Origin: Eledone cirrhosa
Lineage: Eukaryota
Reading direction: 5' to 3'
Assembly: GCA_964016885.1 (NCBI GenBank)
Contig: OZ024750.1
Span: 29,884,001-29,948,000 of the forward strand
DNA: 64,000 bases
Shown here piece after piece: positions 13,797-27,070 of the stretch (position 1 is the stretch's first letter; each line of letters begins with the position of its first letter). A program made the translations under genes and the position numbers. The notes under the pieces were generated by a model. It ran no database searches. It was not told where the DNA came from and was given only the letters and a program-made list of their open reading frames with translations.

Positions 13797-15280
13797 TGAC
13801 CGATTAGATCTAAAAATATTGGTTGCCAGGAGATAAAGAGGGCCCACCCAAATATAGAATGCTATCGTTTGATTTTTATAATGAATAAATAACATTTTCA
13901 AAAAATACATAAGTGAAAACAAAACAGTACAATCAAATTTTTGCGGAAAAAAATGTGCATTTTTATACTAATTATAGTGTATATATAAGTATGTACACGT
14001 ACATACATATATGTATACCGACGTCGGTATACATATATGTATGTACGTGTACATACTTATATTTAAGTAACAGCCGTACTAAGAGTGGGAAATGAAATAT
14101 CGTTTCATTTTTTCCGTTTATCGTTTTCGGTGCACCCGGCCGATTAACCCACTCGATATGCAAATTGGGCTACTCAGCCGTTAATATGCATAAGGTAAGT
14201 ATATACGTTCAACAATCTAGCAGGAAGGTATACGTTGCTGACGATAGCTAACAAACTTGAAACTAGTACAGCGTTCCTTTGTCAGTGTTGAACAAACGAG
14301 CAACGGTGGTTGCTAGACACTACGGCTTAATACGGGATGTTTGTTTACAAACACACCGAGCATTATAATAAATGTTCGGTGAATCCATACGTGCATATAT
14401 ATATGTGTGCATGTATGTATATATATATATACATACTACTGTACGTTGGTATACATATATGTATGTACGTGTACATACTTATATTTAAGTAACAGCCGTA
14501 CTAAGAGTGGGAAATGAAATATCGTTTCATTTTTTCCGTTTATAGTGTATATATAATATACATATTACTGGAAGTATACAGTAATACTAAATGTTAATAC
14601 AGAATGTTATAATTGAAGTTTTAAATAATTGTGAATGTATAGTATATTGTATAGGATACTGTCTTACCTTCGCCAATAAAAAGTATAGACATCCAGGGAA
14701 TTTCAATAATTGTTTCTACTTTTGGCACAAGGCCAGCAATTCACCAGTGCATTACTGGTACTTTATTTTATCGACCCCGTAAGGATGAATATATCTTAAT
14801 ATATCTATATCTGGGAGTGTGTGTATGTGTGTACATGTACATGTGTATATATGGATTTTCGATAACGAGGAGGGGGCGGGGGGCGGCAGCCATCATATAT
14901 GTATACATACATGTTTTCAACTTGTACAAACATTATTTGACTCATTCTCCCTAGGGACTTTAGACTGAAGAACTGACCACTAATTGATTTTACACATGTC
15001 TTTAACCCATAGAGTGAAAAATTATTTGCCCAGCATCTCAAAATATATATATATACGTGTGCGTGTCCATGTATGCATGCATAAATAAATATAGTAAGCC
15101 AATAACTCTAAATGTTAGCATTTACTTTTAGCATTATTATATATTTTGGTTTCTATTAATTCCCTAGGGAATTGTTTGATCAAATGCTTTACTTATTTGA
15201 TTATTTATTCTTTTAAAGTTTTCATTCTTTGAAAGCAAAAGATTGGCCCCTGCAATGCTTTTGTAGGCAACCTGGCCCGC

Positions 15281-15371
<91 letters not shown>

Positions 15372-15520
15372 TGCGATATATAGTTTTTAAAAAATGAAGG
15401 TAAAAAAGCACAGAATGAATAATTTTATAATTGTTGCATCAAATATTCTTCTGTGCTTTTTCACCTTTACTCTTTAACTATAACCTTTGTTTTGAATGGA
15501 ACTTTACCAGCCCTTTCAAC

Positions 15521-15552
<32 letters not shown>

Positions 15553-15826
15553 ATCTCTGAACACTTAAAGGAAAAAAATTGCTATTTTTTAAATTTCAAT
15601 CAACTTTTGAATCGTTTTACGCCTGACTCTAAAGCTTCTTTAATTTAAAACAATCCACATCAACCGTCCGTCTTTCTACTTCTTTATACCCTTTACATTG
15701 ACATGGTGACTGCTAAACAATTTACACAACCTTACATCTTAGAAATTACATATTCTTACACTAACTGTTAGTATTTCCTCATTTACAATTTATTCTATTT
15801 GAATTACTTCCCTTATATCTCAACAG

Positions 15827-16220
15827 ATGCCAACCTCAAGCCAAGCATTAATTTTACTCAGTGTAGACAATTCGGCTCCATTAGGACAGCGTATACCTCA
15901 GATCAATCAATTTCAGTCGCCGACACCGAGGAACTCCGACCACACAAACCAGCTGCTGCCGTCCTCTCTACAAAGCCCTATTGCGTGCCAGCATCGGGTA
16001 TCTCCCCCTAAAACAGAATATTTCGGGCGTACTCAATGTACCACCACATGTTTAGCAGATTATACGCAACCCACAAACACTTCTTTATATTCTTCCTTTG
16101 AACACATGTACCAGCATGAGCCGTCAACTGCTATGGAGAAACACGTCACAGCAACAACCACAATGCGAACCAACGCCACAGATTACTGGTTTCCTAAAGC
16201 AAACGACCATTATATGACAG
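15827..16220 (+). CDS. Coding exon 1 of C19orf81/DUF4732-like gene
   Basis: Acceptor tctcaacag|ATG, open frame, donor ACAG|gtgaat (phase 1) fits the next exon. A possible upstream exon donor AAG|gtaagt lies at 14195. Confidence 0.65.
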
Positions 16221-16370
16221 GTGAATTGCTTTGTTTTTTTCTGTAAGAACGTTTTGTCTTTCGTGTTTTTTTTTTTTGTTTTTTTCATGTTCAATGAACT
16301 CACTGTTAAGAATGTAAGCAAAATCCTTGATGAAAAAAGATTAAACTCAAACACAGTCATGTATTTAATA

Positions 16371-16660
16371 CAGTCATGGGCAACCTGCGACCCGCAAAGC
16401 TTTCTGAATAGCTCGCTTAAGTCACCTAAGTGAAATCCTTCTGATTTTTTTACCCCAACTTTTCAGTCGTAATTTATCTTTCTATCATTTTTACGATCGA
16501 CGAAAACAACGTGTACGAATTCTGAAGAAACAAATCAAAACAACCTGAGTTACCGCCCTTATTTTAATGTGTTCACAAATGTAAATTACCGCTTGCGGCC
16601 CACCTGATGGTGAGCCACATCCCATGCTGCTCCCTTCTCGAAAAAGGTTGCCCATGTTTG
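16371..16660. mobile_element. hAT (Charlie-like) MITE
   Basis: TIRs CAGTCATGGGCAACCT / AGGTTGCCCATGTTTG; perfect 8-bp TSD atttaata (16363-16370, 16661-16668). Confidence 0.85.
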
Positions 16661-16905
16661 ATTTAATATAACATACACTCGCACACGCATGCAATTTATA
16701 TATATTTCAACTTTTCTGTATTTATCGTTGTTGTAGTATATATATGACCACTGTCGTTTTTCTTGGTATCACACTTTTTAATTGTTGTGTTTACTCTGGA
16801 CCTTAATGTATTAACATACCACCCTACTTAGTGCTTTGTGATTGCCTTAAACAACTGGAATAGTACCTGCTATGTGACAGTTACAACTTCAATTCATACC
16901 TAATG

Positions 16906-16954
<49 letters not shown>

Positions 16955-17287
16955 TATATAACTGCTCTGTAAAACAACTGATGTTGTTACATTGAGCTAT
17001 TTATCTTACTGGTAATAAGATAGTAATAAATTACTGTCTTTCACTATTTAGGGTTTAAAATATATATAACTATAAAAGGTTTTAGTATATACATAACCAT
17101 AAATAGTAACCTTAATACTATATATATATATATATATGGATTTTGCCTAGTTTTTTCCTCATACTCTATTCACTTTAAATTCCTCCATAGATGGGTGACA
17201 TGAGTTCTTGTATATATAAGTTAATTTTTCATTAAGTTTGTGGAACTGTCTGAATCTAAGTGTGCAAAGGTCTAGGTTATTGTCTAA

Positions 17288-17474
17288 ATAATTGTTTCTA
17301 CTTTTGGCACAAGGCCAGCAATTACCCAGTGCATTACTGGTACTTTATTTTATCGACCCCGTAAGGGTGAAAGGCAAATTTAATCTCGACGGGATTTGAA
17401 TTCAGACCATTAAGGGACGTAACTATGCTGGAAAGCATGGTGTCCGACCTTCTATTGATACTGCCAATCCACCA
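17288..17474 (-). mobile_element. tRNA-derived SINE (further copies/fragments: 14706-14789, 18040-18180, 19000-19206 on -; 20745-20960, 21614-21765, 22317-22455 on +)
   Basis: Same A/B boxes, central domain and tail as 2911-3095. Confidence 0.85.
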
Positions 17475-17939
17475 TACACTTGTCAGATTGGTGGCTAAAA
17501 TGATCTTAAGTCCTAATTCATTGAAAGTGGCTATCAGGTTTTTCCTAAATCGGTCAAGGTCGTGACCACTTTTATTTAGAACTTGATAGGGTCAGACCTT
17601 TGTCATGGTATAAACCCATGTGGAAGTCTGGGAATTTGACTTGCAATGTATCTAATATATATAATTCAACCAAATCGCATACATCAGCAGTATTGAATTA
17701 TCCCATTGAGATATTGAATAGTTCTGAAGTAGTTGATTTTTTTGCCCAGTCTACACCATTACTGAAGACGAGGGTTTTATATACACAAGGACTCATGTCA
17801 CCCACCTACGGACTTTAAAAACTTCGCTACAAACATTGGTATGGTTTGTTAATTTGTTGTGGAACTAACTCTATACCAAACTCATCGTTTGGACTGAGTG
17901 CTCTACCAATTTTGGATATAACCTCCCGGTTTTTTACTG

Positions 17940-17974
<35 letters not shown>

Positions 17975-18189
17975 AGAAGAGAGATGGTTTCAAGTATGCA
18001 CTCTTTGTTTATCTTTGATAATAGTTCATGATTTAGGCAGAAGGCCAACAATGTTTGGGGGAGGAGAAAGTCAATGAAATCAATCCTAATGCATTACTGG
18101 TACTTTATTTTATCGACTCCATATAGATAAAAAGCAAAACTAACCTCGGCGGGGTTTGAAATACTGCCAATCCACCACCCATCCTGTTT

Positions 18190-18560
18190 CATCATCATCA
18201 TCATCACCATTTTATGTCAATGTTTCCACGCTAGCAAGGGTTAGACAGGTTGTCCTGTTGTGGGCAATGCCAGGTCAAGTGACCATGTCTTGTTCATACA
18301 GAACTGATTCTGGCTTGATTTCTACAGCTGGATGCTCTTCCTAACACCAACCTCATTTACAGTGAGTGCTGGGTGCTTTTTTACCATGGCACCTCCATGA
18401 CCACTTTACAGTGTGGACTGGGTGCTTTTTGTCATGACACCTACATGACCACTTTACAGTGTGGACTGGGTACTTTTTGTTGTGACACCTACACGACCAC
18501 TTTACAGTGTGGACTGGGTGCTTTTTGTCATGATACCTACACGACCACTTTACAGTGGGC
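18190..18560 (-). mobile_element. Second SINE family with RTE-like (GAT)n 3' tail and internal ~39-bp tandem repeats (also 19340-20490, 27050-27300, 34066-34410, fragments 52820-52870, 54500-54600, 55560-55720)
   Basis: Conserved gatttctacagctggatgcccttcctaacaccaacc core; tail catcatcatcattttacgtc...ccatgctagcatgggttagac. Confidence 0.7.
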
Positions 18561-19406
18561 CCCACTTCAAGGCTTCCATAAACTTTTAGTGCTCTGCACC
18601 TTTTTATGCAGCTGTCATGCTTCATACATGTCCATACCAACGCAACCTCCTCTCCTGCACACAACATTTGATTCCTCTTATGCACAGTCTCTCTCTCAAT
18701 TCATTTATGCTTTGCCTTTTGCGTATATTAATTACTATTACACATCCATCGGAGCATGCACGCTTCGTTTCTTTCTAATCTACGCAAGTCTTCTGCACAC
18801 AACACCCAAGTCTCACTACCCTGTAACATTGCTGTTCGTATGCACGCATCATACAGTCTGCCTTTCATTTTGAGGGAAAAGCCTTTTGCAGCTAACAGTG
18901 GTAGTAGCTCCCTGAACTTCTTTCATTCCATTCTTACCCTGGTTACTGTACTTTCAGAACCCCCCCCCCTCCACTGTTAATTTGCTGTTTATTCTTTAAT
19001 AATGATTTCTAGTATAGGCACAAGGCGGGAGGGGACAGTCGATTAAATCGACCCTAGTACATTACTGGTACTTTATTTTATCGACCCCGTAAGGATGACA
19101 GGCAAAGCTAATCTCAGCGGGATTTGAACTCAGAATTTAAAGGGCCATAACTCTATGCTGCAAAGCATGGTGCTTGACGCTCTACCGATACTGCCAATCC
19201 ACTGCCTTTGTTTGTCCTTTATTAATAAAATCGATTTCACATCCGCCTGCCAGTCCACTTCCAAGGAGTTAATGCAGGTGCATTCAATTTGGGTTCAACA
19301 AGCACATACACAGTATACCCCTCACTCCCATCCTCCCCCTGTAAAGTGGTCATGTAGGTGTCACGATAAAAAGCACCTAGTCCACACTGAAAGTGGTTGT
19401 GTAGGC

Positions 19407-20278
19407 CAGGCATGTCAAACTGAGGGTCCCTTGGGAGCCACATGGGTCACATATGTGTTGTCTGAGGGCCACATGAGTCACATATGTGTTGTCTGAGGGC
19501 CACATGAGTCACATATGTGTTGTCTGAGGGCCACATGGGTCACATATGTGTTGTCTGAGGGCCACATGAGTCACATATGTGTTGTCTGAGGGCCACATGA
19601 GTCACATATGTGTTGTCTGAGGGCCACATGAGTCACATATGTGTTGTCTGAGGGCCACATGAGTCACATATGTGTTGTCTGAGGGCCATATGAGTCACAT
19701 ATGTGTTGTCTGATGGCCACATGAGTCACATATGTGTTGTCTGAGGGCCACATGGGTCACCCATGTGTTGTCTGAGGGCCACATGAGTCATATCTGTTGT
19801 CTGAGAGCCTCATGGGTCACATATGTGTTGTCTGAGGGCCACATGGGTCACATATGTGTTGTCTGAGGGCCACATGAGTCACATATGTGTTGTCTGAGGG
19901 CCATATGAGTCACATATGTGTTGTCTGAGGGCCACATGGGTCACATATGTGTTGTCTGAGGGCCACATGGGTCACATATGTGTTGTCTGAAGGCCACATG
20001 GGTCACATATGTGTTGGCCGAGGGCCACATGAGTCACATATGTGTTGTCTGAGGGCCGCATGGGTCACATATGTGTTGTCTGAGGGCCACATGAGTCACA
20101 TATGTGTTGTCTGAGGGCCACATGGGTCACATATGTGTTGTCTGAGGGCCACACATGACAACTAATTGCGCACATTACAACTAATATTTTTTTATTTTAT
20201 ATTACGTTCGCGCTGTGAAAACCTTTGTGCGGGGGGCCGCGAGTGTGCTTGTGAAGGGCTGGATGTTTGACATGTCTG
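19407..20278. mobile_element. hAT MITE inserted in a SINE and swollen by a minisatellite
   Basis: TIRs CAGGCATGTCAAAC / GTTTGACATGTCTG; 8-bp TSD gtgtaggc/gtataggc. Confidence 0.8.
19424..20153. repeat. 31-bp minisatellite, ~23 copies
   Basis: Unit gtgttgtctgagggccacatgRgtcacatat, no spacers. Confidence 0.95.
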
Positions 20279-21017
20279 GTATAGGCAACACAACAAAAAG
20301 CACCCAGTGCTCACTATAAATGAGGTTGGCGTTAGGAAGGGCATACAGCTGTAGAAACCAAGCCTAAAATCAGTTCTGTATGAGCAAGACACGATCACCT
20401 GACCTAACATTGCTCACAACAGGACAACTCGTCTAACCCATGCTAGCATGGAAAAATGGACGAAAAACAGTGATGATATGATGATGATTACCTGGGCTCA
20501 TACTTTCGGTATTGATAAAATATGTACCTGTAATATGCTCAGGTGTGATTCAGTTAACTGCTTACTTAAACCAGATTTTTTTCATCAAATTAAAGGAAAA
20601 TATTTCTTTGTGGGTATTTTGACAACTTAAGATTATACAGCTATATGTCAAAATATTAAGCCTTTATGTTTACTTACATAGAAGCAAACATTATAGCCAG
20701 CCCTAGTTTGGTGTAATATTAAAGAATTAATAATAAAGAGGACAGTGGAATGGAAGAATCGGTAGAGCGTCAGACAACATCATTTGTGGTATGTAGTTAC
20801 AACTTTTTCTGTTCTGTGTTCAAATCTCTCTGAGGTAAACTTTGCATTTCATCCTTCTGGGGGTTCGATAAAATAAAGTCCCAATAAAACACTGGGGTTG
20901 ATATAATCGACTCACCGCTTCCTTCTCCCAAATTGCTGGCCTTGTGCCAATGTTAGAAAGGAGTTAGAAAGAATATTAAAGAATTATTGATGACAAAGTC
21001 TCAATTTTATTTTTCAG

Positions 21018-21549
21018 GTAAAAGCATATTTGATTCAAAACATGGCTGCCCAAGAACAGATAATAAAAATCTAATTTATTTGACACCAAAGACAGCCAAC
21101 CCTCATCATTTCACAGGCGGTCGATATTTTTCTCGTCTACCACGATCCTTTACTGAGAATTCCTACTATGAACAGCGTTCCTATAATCAAAGTCAGGTGA
21201 ACTTGACAACTAATCGAAATCCGATAGAAATGGTGAAACCTGTTCTGGAAATACGCAAATCTCAACAGTTTCACAAGCCACTACAGTCATTAAATACTCT
21301 ACATAATAACATCACAATCATGCCTCTCGATACAGACAGTTATCAACGCTCTTCAGTTACTTCTTTTGCTTCTTATGAAGCAAACACTAATAAATTAATT
21401 CAGCGCTTGCGTAGTCTTGGCTTTCGACCTTATGGAAACTGGAGTTGTGATAGCAATGATGAAAAACAGACGATATATGAAAAAGATGGCTTAAAGTTTG
21501 ACTCGTCCAGTCCTATATTTTCATCATTACAAGATAACGAAGATATCAA
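21018..21549 (+). CDS. Coding exon 2 of C19orf81/DUF4732-like gene
   Basis: ttttcag|GT acceptor (phase 1), open frame, donor AA|gtatgt (phase 2). Confidence 0.75.
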
Positions 21550-22610
21550 GTATGTTTTATTTTATGGTACTCTCTTCTTAACTGTAATATTTGAATAGAA
21601 GTAGGCTGGCGATTTTGGCAGAGTTGTTAGATCATCGGATAGAAAACTTTATGGTATTCTTTTTGGCTCTCTCTGGGCTCTGAGTTCAAATCCCATCAAG
21701 GTTAACTTTGCCTTTTATCCTTTTGAGGTCAATAAAAAAGAACCAGTCAAGTACTGGGGTCGATTCTTCTTCAACTTCTTATATCTTCCTCTCTATCACA
21801 CACATGCACACACTCTTTCCTCCTCCTCTAGAAGAAATCTGCTGTGTTCAAACCTGGAGAGGAGATGAGCTCATCCAGATCTAAACTAAAGTGCCCAAGA
21901 CCTGCCGTATGTCATGACGGAGCCCCTAGGATTCCAGCAGGAGTTATGGGACCATACCATACCATACCATAACCATAAATAAGCAGTGTTTTAATGGCAG
22001 TTGAGTATAAATGATCATTTTTTTAAATATAATTTAGTTTGTAAAATCTTTTAATAAGAGATTCCTAAGTCTGCAAGTTTAGACTTTCTTGAAGATACTC
22101 TCCATTACCAGAAAGTTCTAAATATCACTCATGTAGTTACTTCTTCGTTTCTTACCCAGTTGAACTTATGGTGTGGACAGAAACTTTTGGCCTAACAAGT
22201 ACACAAATTATTAGTATCTGGTCCATTAAATATACAAATTATTGGTTATCTTGGTTAATCTGGTAAAGATCTAGTGTTGTATTTAATTACTTAATGTAGA
22301 ATAACCTTCATAGAAGATGGTGACATGGCAGAGTCGCTAAGGTGTCAAATTAAAAATTATTCTGAAGCATTGTGTTCAAATCCTACGGAGGACAATTTGG
22401 CCTTTCATCCTTTTAAGGTTGATAAATAAAGTACCAGTCAAGTACTGGGGTTGGTTCTTTCTATAAAAGAAATCGGCTATATTCCAACCTGGAGAGGGAT
22501 GGGCTACACCAGGTTTAAAATGTCCAAGACACGCTATATTTCAGGATGGGGCCCCTACAGCTCCATCAAGAGTTAAGTATCCTTTACGAAATACCTCCAT
22601 AGTGTATCTG

Positions 22611-22990
22611 TATTGTTATATTTGGGGAGGGTCAAGTTATAATATTGCCAGAAAACACGCTGTTTTGTTTGGTTTTCACTTCAGTATATTTTTATATTTC
22701 TATAAATAATTCAGCTGGCAATCAATGTTTATCATTCATTGACCAACAGTTAAAAAATATAAATATAAATATAGTTTCTCAGAGTTCTTTCATCACAGAA
22801 CTGTCACATCATCAGTGATGTTTCTATGTTTTCTTTCGTTGTATTTCTTTAATGTTTTCTTATTCTATTTTATTTATTTACTATACTTTTCTGACGATAT
22901 TATAACATGACCATCTCCAAATATAACAATATCTGTTCCAACACACGATTTCATATCAAAGACCCTGCAAAACAAATACATCGCCATATC
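22611..22990. mobile_element. Inverted mini-PLE with hammerhead and ORF-start remnant; 11-bp TSD
   Basis: TSD tatctgtattg (22605-22615, 22987-22997). Minus-strand uca-CUGAUGA...GAAA-GAAC-UC-uga at 22779-22818. Plus-strand ATG 22907 encodes MTISKYNNICSNTRFHIKDPAKQIHRH, homologous to the PLE ORF N-terminus. Confidence 0.8.
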
Positions 22991-23032
22991 TGTATTGATT
23001 TTGCTCATTGTTTTTTTTTTACATATTTTTAG

Positions 23033-23639
23033 TTGCTTGCGAGTGAAAATTGCAGCAGGACTTTCTATAAGTGACGAAGAAATTAAGAAGCAACTAAGGT
23101 GTTATGTTGAGAATGGCGTTGAACAAGAGAAAGTAGAAAAACTTGTGGCTGATATCAAATCGAGGTTGCGTCGTAAAAAGACGAAACCTCCGACAGTGCG
23201 CCTGCGTAAAATACTTCCCAAGCCGCAGCCATTGACTGTTTGTTTCGCTTGTGATCCTAGCCTTCAAATAACTCATGAAGATATTAAACAGGAATTAGAT
23301 TCCCAGTATCCCGGGATTGTGGTACTCAGTCTCCGATTTGACCCTGTATCAGTGGCAGTTGGTAATTCCTGTACGAAAAATAGATGGGTTGTAAGAGTGG
23401 GTAACACTAACGACTACCAGTCATTAATAAAAGGTGGTGTGACCATTGGAGGAAGTGATCGAATTACTATAAAACCTCTCGATGCTGTTATGGTAGAGGA
23501 ATACAATGCTTATAAACTCCAGCAATATGTAAAGGAAGCAAAATCTATGATTGCACAAACAAAAAGTGAACGAATGAAACAATCAAAGAAAGTAAAGAAC
23601 AAGAGAATAAAAGCTAAAGTTATATTCACGGGAATGTAA
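23033..23639 (+). CDS. Terminal exon, C19orf81/DUF4732-like domain (spliced product ~510 aa)
   Basis: Acceptor tttttag|T completes phase 2. Motif THEDI..LDSQYPG..VLSLRFDPVSVAVG....NRWVVRV...LIKGG...D....EY resembles vertebrate C19orf81 (from recall). AATAAA at 24017 and 24034. Confidence 0.75.
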
Positions 23640-24585
23640 TCTAGGGTCAACTAGATTGAATTTCCAATGATCTACTATATATAAATTTGAGCAACTTCCG
23701 TCTGTCACACAATGTGTGTGTGTGTGTTTATGTGAATGAATGTGTGTAAGGAAGGAAGGGGATGGTGAAAAAACTATAGCAAAACAACGGCTGATGTTTC
23801 ATTTGCTACACTGTGTGAATGTATGTGTGTTTGTGTGAATGTATGTGTGTGTGTGTTAATGTATGTGCGTGTTTGCGTGAATGTATGTGTATTTGTGTGA
23901 ATGTATGTCTGTAAGTGTGTCGGTGTTTGCGCATTTATATCTATATACTCGTACATATAAATGTATGCATATGCACATACACACATGTACGTCACCATGT
24001 TGAAAAATTCTAGTTCAATAAAAATTCTAGTTCAATAAAAACTTGGTTTTGAAACATTCATTACCAACGTTTTTAATTTCTTTCCCAAGACAAAAAATTT
24101 TGTCTGTTGATTTGACAGATGATTACCTAAAATCTTTAGCCATTTAAAAAAAAAAAAATCCTTCTGTTTACTTAGGAAAAATGTGTGGGTGTCAGTATGT
24201 ATGAATGTCTATAGGTATTTAAGTGTGAATATAAACCTGCCTTTAATTGCCTATTTCTAAAAATAGTTTTTTCAAACAATCCCAATTCTTTAAAATCCTT
24301 CAGCCAATGATCTCTACACATCCTTAAAATCACCACCTTCCCCTCCCACCAGAAAACATACAAATACAATCGCATTACAATGCAAGTCCTGGTGTTTTCC
24401 TTCTAATGAAACAGTTCTAGTGTTGTAGAAGCCATTTCTATATTAAATTTGTTATATATATATATCTGTTATATATATATATATGTAGGAGGTGAGTTTT
24501 ATTGTAGTACAATAAAGCAATGCATATGTTGATTTAAAACTGCACTATCCACAAGTGTTTTTAACCTTCATATCATGTCCTACTA

Positions 24586-24652
24586 TTTTATCTGATGAAA
24601 ACACAAATGTTATTGCATGATGATATTTGTTTTTGAAATGCGCATAATAAAA
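24586..24652 (+). ncRNA. Type I hammerhead ribozyme (family D; inverse copy ~7172-7237)
   Basis: uuuuau-CUGAUGA-AAACACAAAUGUUAU...AUGAUAUUUGUUUUU-GAAA-UGCGCA-UA-auaaaa. Confidence 0.75.
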
Positions 24653-24684
24653 TACATGGAACTCATTTAACCATCTTTTGATCT

Positions 24685-24724
<40 letters not shown>

Positions 24725-24850
24725 AAAGAGTGAAGAATAACAAGGATTGGCTGTAAAATAGGGTTTATTCAAAGTATTAACAAATGATTTATAAGTCTTG
24801 CGTGTCTACTTGGGTTGCTTTAAACGATACCACATTAATGTATATATATA

Positions 24851-25093
24851 TATGATAAAGAACACAGGAGCGTCTACAACATCAAAAGATTTTTATTGGC
24901 TTACAATGTTTCTTCCTTACGTAACCGTAGGATTCGTCAGAGCTATAAAAGGGGTTTGATTGGTAGAGTCCATAACACCAATCAAACCCCTTTTATAGCT
25001 CTGACGAATCCTACGGTTACGTAAGGAAGAAACATTGTAAGCCAATAAAAATCTTTTGATGTTGTAGACGCTCTTGTGTTCTTTATCATATAT
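24851..25093. mobile_element. Palindromic mini-PLE, each arm carrying a hammerhead (+ copy 24998-25042)
   Basis: gcu-CUGACGA-AUCCUACG-guua-CGUAAGGAA-GAAA-CAUUG-UA-agc; ~110-bp inverted arms. Confidence 0.75.
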
Positions 25094-25308
25094 ACGGCTC
25101 TGCTCCAAAGCATAGAGCTAATTATTATGCTGCCAATACCTTAATGGGACACGGGTATACAATACCTAACTCCTATTAACCTAAGTATATATATATATAC
25201 ATTAATGTGGTATCATTTAAAGCATTCCTGATGATTTCTAAAGAATGAAACAGTTCTAGTCCTGTAGAATCTCATCTATATTAAAACTATATATATATAT
25301 ATATATAC

Positions 25309-25671
25309 ACCGTATTTCTGGCACCGAAGATGCTTTATCCTCGAGGATGCACCCTAATTTTGACAACCAAAAATTTGAAAAAAAATAATTGTTTCTACTT
25401 TAGGCACAAGGCCAGCAATTATCCAGTGCATTACTGGTACTTTATTTTATCAACCCCGTAAGGATGAAAGGCAAAGTCAACCTCGGTGGGATTTGAACTC
25501 AGATCGTAAAGGGACGTAACTATGCTGGAAAGCATGGCGTTCGACCCTCTACCGATACTGCCAATCCACTGAAAAAAAATAATAAACAACCTTCGGCCTC
25601 CAGGACGCATGGTAGATTTTTGAGATTTATTTTAGGAAAAAAGTAGCGTCCTCGACGCCGGGAAATATGAT
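25309..25671. mobile_element. Tc1/pogo-like MITE interrupted by a SINE (25384-25570, -)
   Basis: ccgtatttctggcaccgaagatgc / gcgtcctcgacgccgggaaatatg degenerate TIRs; full SINE inside. Confidence 0.55.
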
Positions 25672-25727
25672 AATTTTAAACAATATATATATATATATTA
25701 TATATGTATGTTCAAAATTATTTTATA

Positions 25728-26236
25728 CTAGCAGTGGTACCCGGCGTTGCACGGGATAAGGTATTGTGAAATATATAACCGCCTTAGTAAGCTTAGTATT
25801 GCCACAACCATGGCTGGCAAAGAAGAAAGGGTCTGGTGGTACATAAGTAAGCAACACTGTGGCTTAAAATGTGAGGAAGAAGTTGTTTGCACTTACCAAC
25901 TGTTTGGGGAATGAATGTGAGATTTGTCTTGAGCAAGGGTGGCAGAATAACCGGAGGCAGCAGACAGCCAGACATACAGACAGATATTATAAGGGCGCGA
26001 CGTTATATGTATGTATCTATCTAAAAAGAGAAAGACTAAGAATTATAGAGAGAGATCGCTAAATCGCCTAATGCGGTCCCTAGGGCATTGAAAATTTGAA
26101 ATTCTTTTGCTCAGAACACTCCCTGAAACATAAGTATTACATGTGTAAAGTTTGAAAACAGTCGGTTGGGTGGTTCTCTAGTTTTAGGGATTCAAACTGA
26201 CACACAGACAGACATTCTCAGTTTTCTATATATAGA
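25728..26236 (-). mobile_element. Non-autonomous Helitron
   Basis: Minus strand starts TCTATATATAGAAAA and ends CCCGTG-caacg-CCGGG...CTAG. Same terminal architecture as 11090-12041. Confidence 0.75.
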
Positions 26237-26759
26237 TTATTGACGCTCTAAACAAAAGCTTGTTGAGTTTTTTCTGAGAAATATTATCTATACATATATT
26301 ATATGTATTGATTAAACCTAAAACAAAATGATATATATATATAGCAGGGCGAATGGTGGTATGAATGGTTGTGCTGTGGTGTTGATTCAGTTGTTGCGTA
26401 TGAGCTCGCTTGTAGATTGCTCAGTGGTGTGGTCACTGTTGTTGTGAGTGAAGGTAAGAGAAACTTGATGTGCCTGATACAGTGTGACCAGAGATTGCAT
26501 ATGTGCAAGTAAGTGAGCAACAATGTTCATTATGATGATGATGATGATATGATGGTTCTTTGATGACGTAGGAAATGAAATATGTAAAAACCACGATAAC
26601 ACAAAACCACTATGTTACAAATTTATTAAACATAACTTTCGTCAAAGTTATATGACAAAACACGAAGAGCAAATAAACACAGATGAATCGTATATATATA
26701 TATTATGTATATATATATATATTATGTATATATATATATATATTATGTGTATATATTTA

Positions 26760-27070
26760 TGTGAACAACCCAGCATAAATGTGTTGAGAGAGAAACTGTG
26801 TCTGAGAGGGATAGAATGTAGTGTACGGGAGAGGAGACTGAGGTGGTATGGATATGTGATGCGCATGGAGGATGACCGATGGGTGAAGAAGTGCCAGGAA
26901 ATGCCAGTTGAAGGAAGACGTGGTAGAGGTAGACCACGAAAAACATGGGCGGAGGTGGTGAGAACAGACCTCAGATCATTGAAGCTCACGGTGGAGATGA
27001 CGAGGAACCGTGACGAGTGGAGAGATGCTGTGCTGAATAAGACCCGTCCCACCCTTGCAAGCATGGGTTA
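26760..27070 (+). mobile_element. RTE-clade LINE 3' fragment
   Basis: RRLRWYGYVMRMEDDRWVKK...GRRGRGRPRKTW, the typical RTE ORF C-terminus. Confidence 0.8.

Noticed and set aside
14026-14542. ~95-bp direct duplication (14026-14120 / 14447-14542) as LTRs
   Set aside because: No TG...CA ends, PBS, PPT or TSD; likely a local duplication.
19424-20153. CRISPR-like 31-bp repeat array
   Set aside because: Units are contiguous with no unique spacers, no cas genes are present, and the context is eukaryotic; it is a minisatellite.
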